The notes under the pieces are model-generated. The model ran no database searches. It was given only the letters and a program-made list of their open reading frames with translations, and was not told where the DNA came from. Positions 61,714 to 64,000 of a DNA stretch of 64,000 nucleotides are shown one piece after another. The translations under genes and the position numbers were made by a program. Each line of letters starts with the position of its first letter. Position 1 is the first letter of the stretch. The DNA is taken from the IMG/VR virus record IMGVR_UViG_3300043958_000214, one strand, 5' to 3'. This stretch comes from a virus.

Positions 61714-62895
61714 TTAGGCGCACATCTCCCAGAGGCGCTGGAGCGTGCGGCGGCGAACTTCCCCGGTTCCCAGGTAGTCGCGGAGCTGAAGGTTGAGTTG
61801 AGGGGTGGTCGTGATGGTGACGCCTCTGACCCTGGTAGGATTGGGGCAGCCGTCGGCGATGACCCAGACCCTCACGGTGTGCCCCGGGGGAAGGTGTCGG
61901 CCGAGCGCGGAGGCGGTCTTTTTCGCGGTCTTGGCGAGCCCTGCGACGTGGAGGGGAGTCGCCGCGCACTCGAGTGTGACGATGAGGGCGACGCGTCTTC
62001 CTACGACGACCGCGTGGTCGATCCCCGTCGCGGCGTAGGGAGGCCAGATGTTGTGGAAGAGGCGGGCTCCGGTGAGGTCGGAGAGTCCTCGCAGCGTGTC
62101 CAGGAGCGGGTCCGAGACCGTGGGAGCGGACTGTTCGAAGACGCGCGCGGCGTCGACGGGGTAGGCGCCGATGCCGGGTCGTTTGACGCTTCGGATGTCG
62201 CGAATGGCCCAGGATAGCCACCACCCCGCCGCGCACGTCGCGCTGCCGGCTGCGAGCGTGAGGAGCGCGTGGGGAAGGCTGGTGGCGGATGCGGCCGCGA
62301 AAACGCCTCCTGGCAGCGCGAGGACGAGAATGAGGCGGGCGCCGGCAAGCGTTGCCCGGGTGTGGCGAAAACGCCACATGAACCCGTCGGAAAGGGTGGC
62401 GAAGATGAACGCTGTCTCGGTGATGAGGGTGATGAGCCCCAATGGCGCGGGACTGCCCCACCACGTGGTCCACGCGAGGAGGACGTAGGCCGATACCGTC
62501 AGCGAGATGACGGCGACCGGGATCTCCCACCAGTGTGTCTGGTGAGGCGCGATCGTCTCGGCTTCCGGTTGCGGGGTCTGGGCGGCGGTAGCGGACCACG
62601 GGTCTGGTTTTGGCACCGGCCGAGCGGGCTGCGGCGCGCGCGGACGCGGGTGCGGCGGTGTGGTGGCGGGCGCGTCCTTGGGACGGCGGCTGAGATCGTA
62701 GGCTGCTCTCTTGGAGTCGTTGGAGAGGGTGGCCCACGCCTCGTTGACGAGGGCGGTCATCTCCTCGCCTTCAGGACCTGCCACGTCCGGGTGATAGGTG
62801 CGGATCGCCTTGAGGTAGGCCCTCTTGATGGCGGCGCGATCCGCGTGCACGTCGACTCCGAGGAGCCGGTACCAGTCCCTAGCCGGGTCTGCCAT
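61714..62895 (-). CDS. DnaJ-domain membrane protein with NERD-like C-terminus
   Basis: DWYRLLGV, YHPD, NEAWATLS; 4 TMs; IDHAVVVG. Confidence 0.8.
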   Translation of the reverse strand: MADPARDWYRLLGVDVHADRAAIKRAYLKAIRTYHPDVAGPEGEEMTALVNEAWATLSNDSKRAAYDLSRRPKDAPATTPPHPRPRAPQPARPVPKPDPWSATAAQTPQPEAETIAPHQTHWWEIPVAVISLTVSAYVLLAWTTWWGSPAPLGLITLITETAFIFATLSDGFMWRFRHTRATLAGARLILVLALPGGVFAAASATSLPHALLTLAAGSATCAAGWWLSWAIRDIRSVKRPGIGAYPVDAARVFEQSAPTVSDPLLDTLRGLSDLTGARLFHNIWPPYAATGIDHAVVVGRRVALIVTLECAATPLHVAGLAKTAKKTASALGRHLPPGHTVRVWVIADGCPNPTRVRGVTITTTPQLNLQLRDYLGTGEVRRRTLQRLWEMCA

Positions 62896-64000
62896 CAGTG
62901 CTTCTCACACTCGGCGACGACCACTCGCTGGTGGAACCCTTCTCCCCAGGGTGTGCCGTCCACCCGGATCCCGGACTCCAGGGCCTTGAGCCTGGGGACG
63001 GTGATGGAGGAGACGATGCCGCCAGTCACTCCGGAGGCGGCGATGCCGGCCTGGTCCCTGAGATGAGGGGGAACGTCTTCGCCTTCATCAAGGGTGATGA
63101 GAATGGAGGACCGGGCTCCCTCGTCCGCCCGGTTGAGTTCCATGACGGCCTCGGCGGTGGTCCCGGATCCCGCGAACGGGTCCAGGATGACGGCGCCCGG
63201 GTCGTTGAGGGTGACGAGTCGGATCCAGCGAGCGAGGATGTCCGGGTCTTTCGGGAAGGGGAACGGGGTGCGGCGGATGCCGAACAGGTCAGCGAGCCTG
63301 TCGGCCGCGTGCTTGCGGGGCGCGTAGAACACGTTCGAGGCGGCGGCCGCGGTGTGTTCGTCGAGGTAGAGCATGGCGGCGGGCTGGACGCTTTCGTCTG
63401 GCCCGAAAACGATCCTCCCCTCCGCTTGCATCTTCTCGAAGGTCTCCCTGGTCATGCGCCACCCTCGGGCCGGCTTCGCGCACGCCCGTCCGGTGACCGG
63501 GTGGATGATGTCGTAGGAGTAGCGGGCCGTGCCGGGGCTGACGAGGGGCCCGCGCCTCCACGGGCGCCCATCCTCGGTCAGTCTCGTGTACTGGCGGACG
63601 CCGGACGGCGGGTTCTGAAGGCCTCTGAGGTGCTTCTGCCACCTGGCGGTGGCTTCCTTGGGAGAGTTCGCCTCGCGGGCGATCCTCCTGGCCGTTTCCA
63701 GGAGCTTGTCCACCCCCTCCTTCGGCTCCCGCCACTTGATGTTGGCCTTCTTGAGGGCTTGACGCGACTTCGTATAAATCAGCATGTAGTCGGCCGTGTT
63801 GGCGATAAGGGGTCGGGTGGAGCCGATCTGGCCGGAGTGGATGAGCATCGAGATGAAGTTCTCCTCCCCGAAGACGGAGTCAAGGAGGATGCGGAGGTAA
63901 GCGACTTCGGAATCGTCGATCGCCATGATGAGGGTGCCGGTCTCGGAGAGGAGCTCATGCATGAGGAGGACCCGCGGCCGCATGAAGTTCGTCCATTGGG
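62895..64000 (-). CDS. N6-adenine DNA methyltransferase (type III Mod-like), 5' truncated by window
   Basis: IDDSE, FGEENF, FPFPK, LDPFAGSGTT. Confidence 0.9.
   Translation of the reverse strand, partial: QWTNFMRPRVLLMHELLSETGTLIMAIDDSEVAYLRILLDSVFGEENFISMLIHSGQIGSTRPLIANTADYMLIYTKSRQALKKANIKWREPKEGVDKLLETARRIAREANSPKEATARWQKHLRGLQNPPSGVRQYTRLTEDGRPWRRGPLVSPGTARYSYDIIHPVTGRACAKPARGWRMTRETFEKMQAEGRIVFGPDESVQPAAMLYLDEHTAAAASNVFYAPRKHAADRLADLFGIRRTPFPFPKDPDILARWIRLVTLNDPGAVILDPFAGSGTTAEAVMELNRADEGARSSILITLDEGEDVPPHLRDQAGIAASGVTGGIVSSITVPRLKALESGIRVDGTPWGEGFHQRVVVAECEKH

Noticed and set aside
61688-62737. 596-aa ORF 60947..62737 as one gene
   Set aside because: 5' part overlaps the DnaJ gene; the promoter motif and shared tag place the start at 61687
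2414-63735. Long plus-strand ORFs such as 2414..3160, 7412..8299, 20033..21067 and 49305..50852
   Set aside because: Antisense shadows of well-supported minus-strand genes, expected in high-GC DNA
1-64000. Phage virion genes, integrase, rRNA, tRNA-Sec
   Set aside because: No capsid, terminase, tail, recombinase, rRNA or TCA-anticodon signatures recognised in this window

Overview
High-GC, actinobacterial-type window from a large mobile element: a conjugative megaplasmid/ICE or a jumbo prophage (no virion structural genes are visible). All supported genes but one lie on the minus strand. From left to right: (1) a type I-E CRISPR-Cas operon (cas3-cse1-cse2-cas7, running off the left edge) with a leaderless 5-repeat mini-array directly upstream of cas3; (2) about 21 kb of small accessory genes, including RelBE and Fic/VbhA toxin-antitoxin pairs, predicted RNA-repair enzymes, several paralog families, DnaQ-BRCT and an NAD-dependent ligase; (3) an array of 41 apparently intact tRNAs covering all 20 amino acids, plus tmRNA, a probable GOLLD RNA, two further candidate large structured RNAs and an IS200/IS605 remnant in a tRNA anticodon loop; (4) a dNMP kinase, SNF2 and DinG helicases, a lytic transglycosylase, a sigma-like protein, and VirB4/TcpC-like conjugation genes; (5) a split C5 methyltransferase with a G11 tract, Pth2, oligoribonuclease, a DnaJ fusion and an N6 methyltransferase. 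The strongest cross-cutting signal is a non-canonical bipartite promoter-like motif, GCRYG-N11-TGCCNCACAAC, found at 21 sites; a sigma-region-2-like gene carrying the same motif is the candidate reader. All calls were made by eye from sequence and translated motifs; no searches were run.
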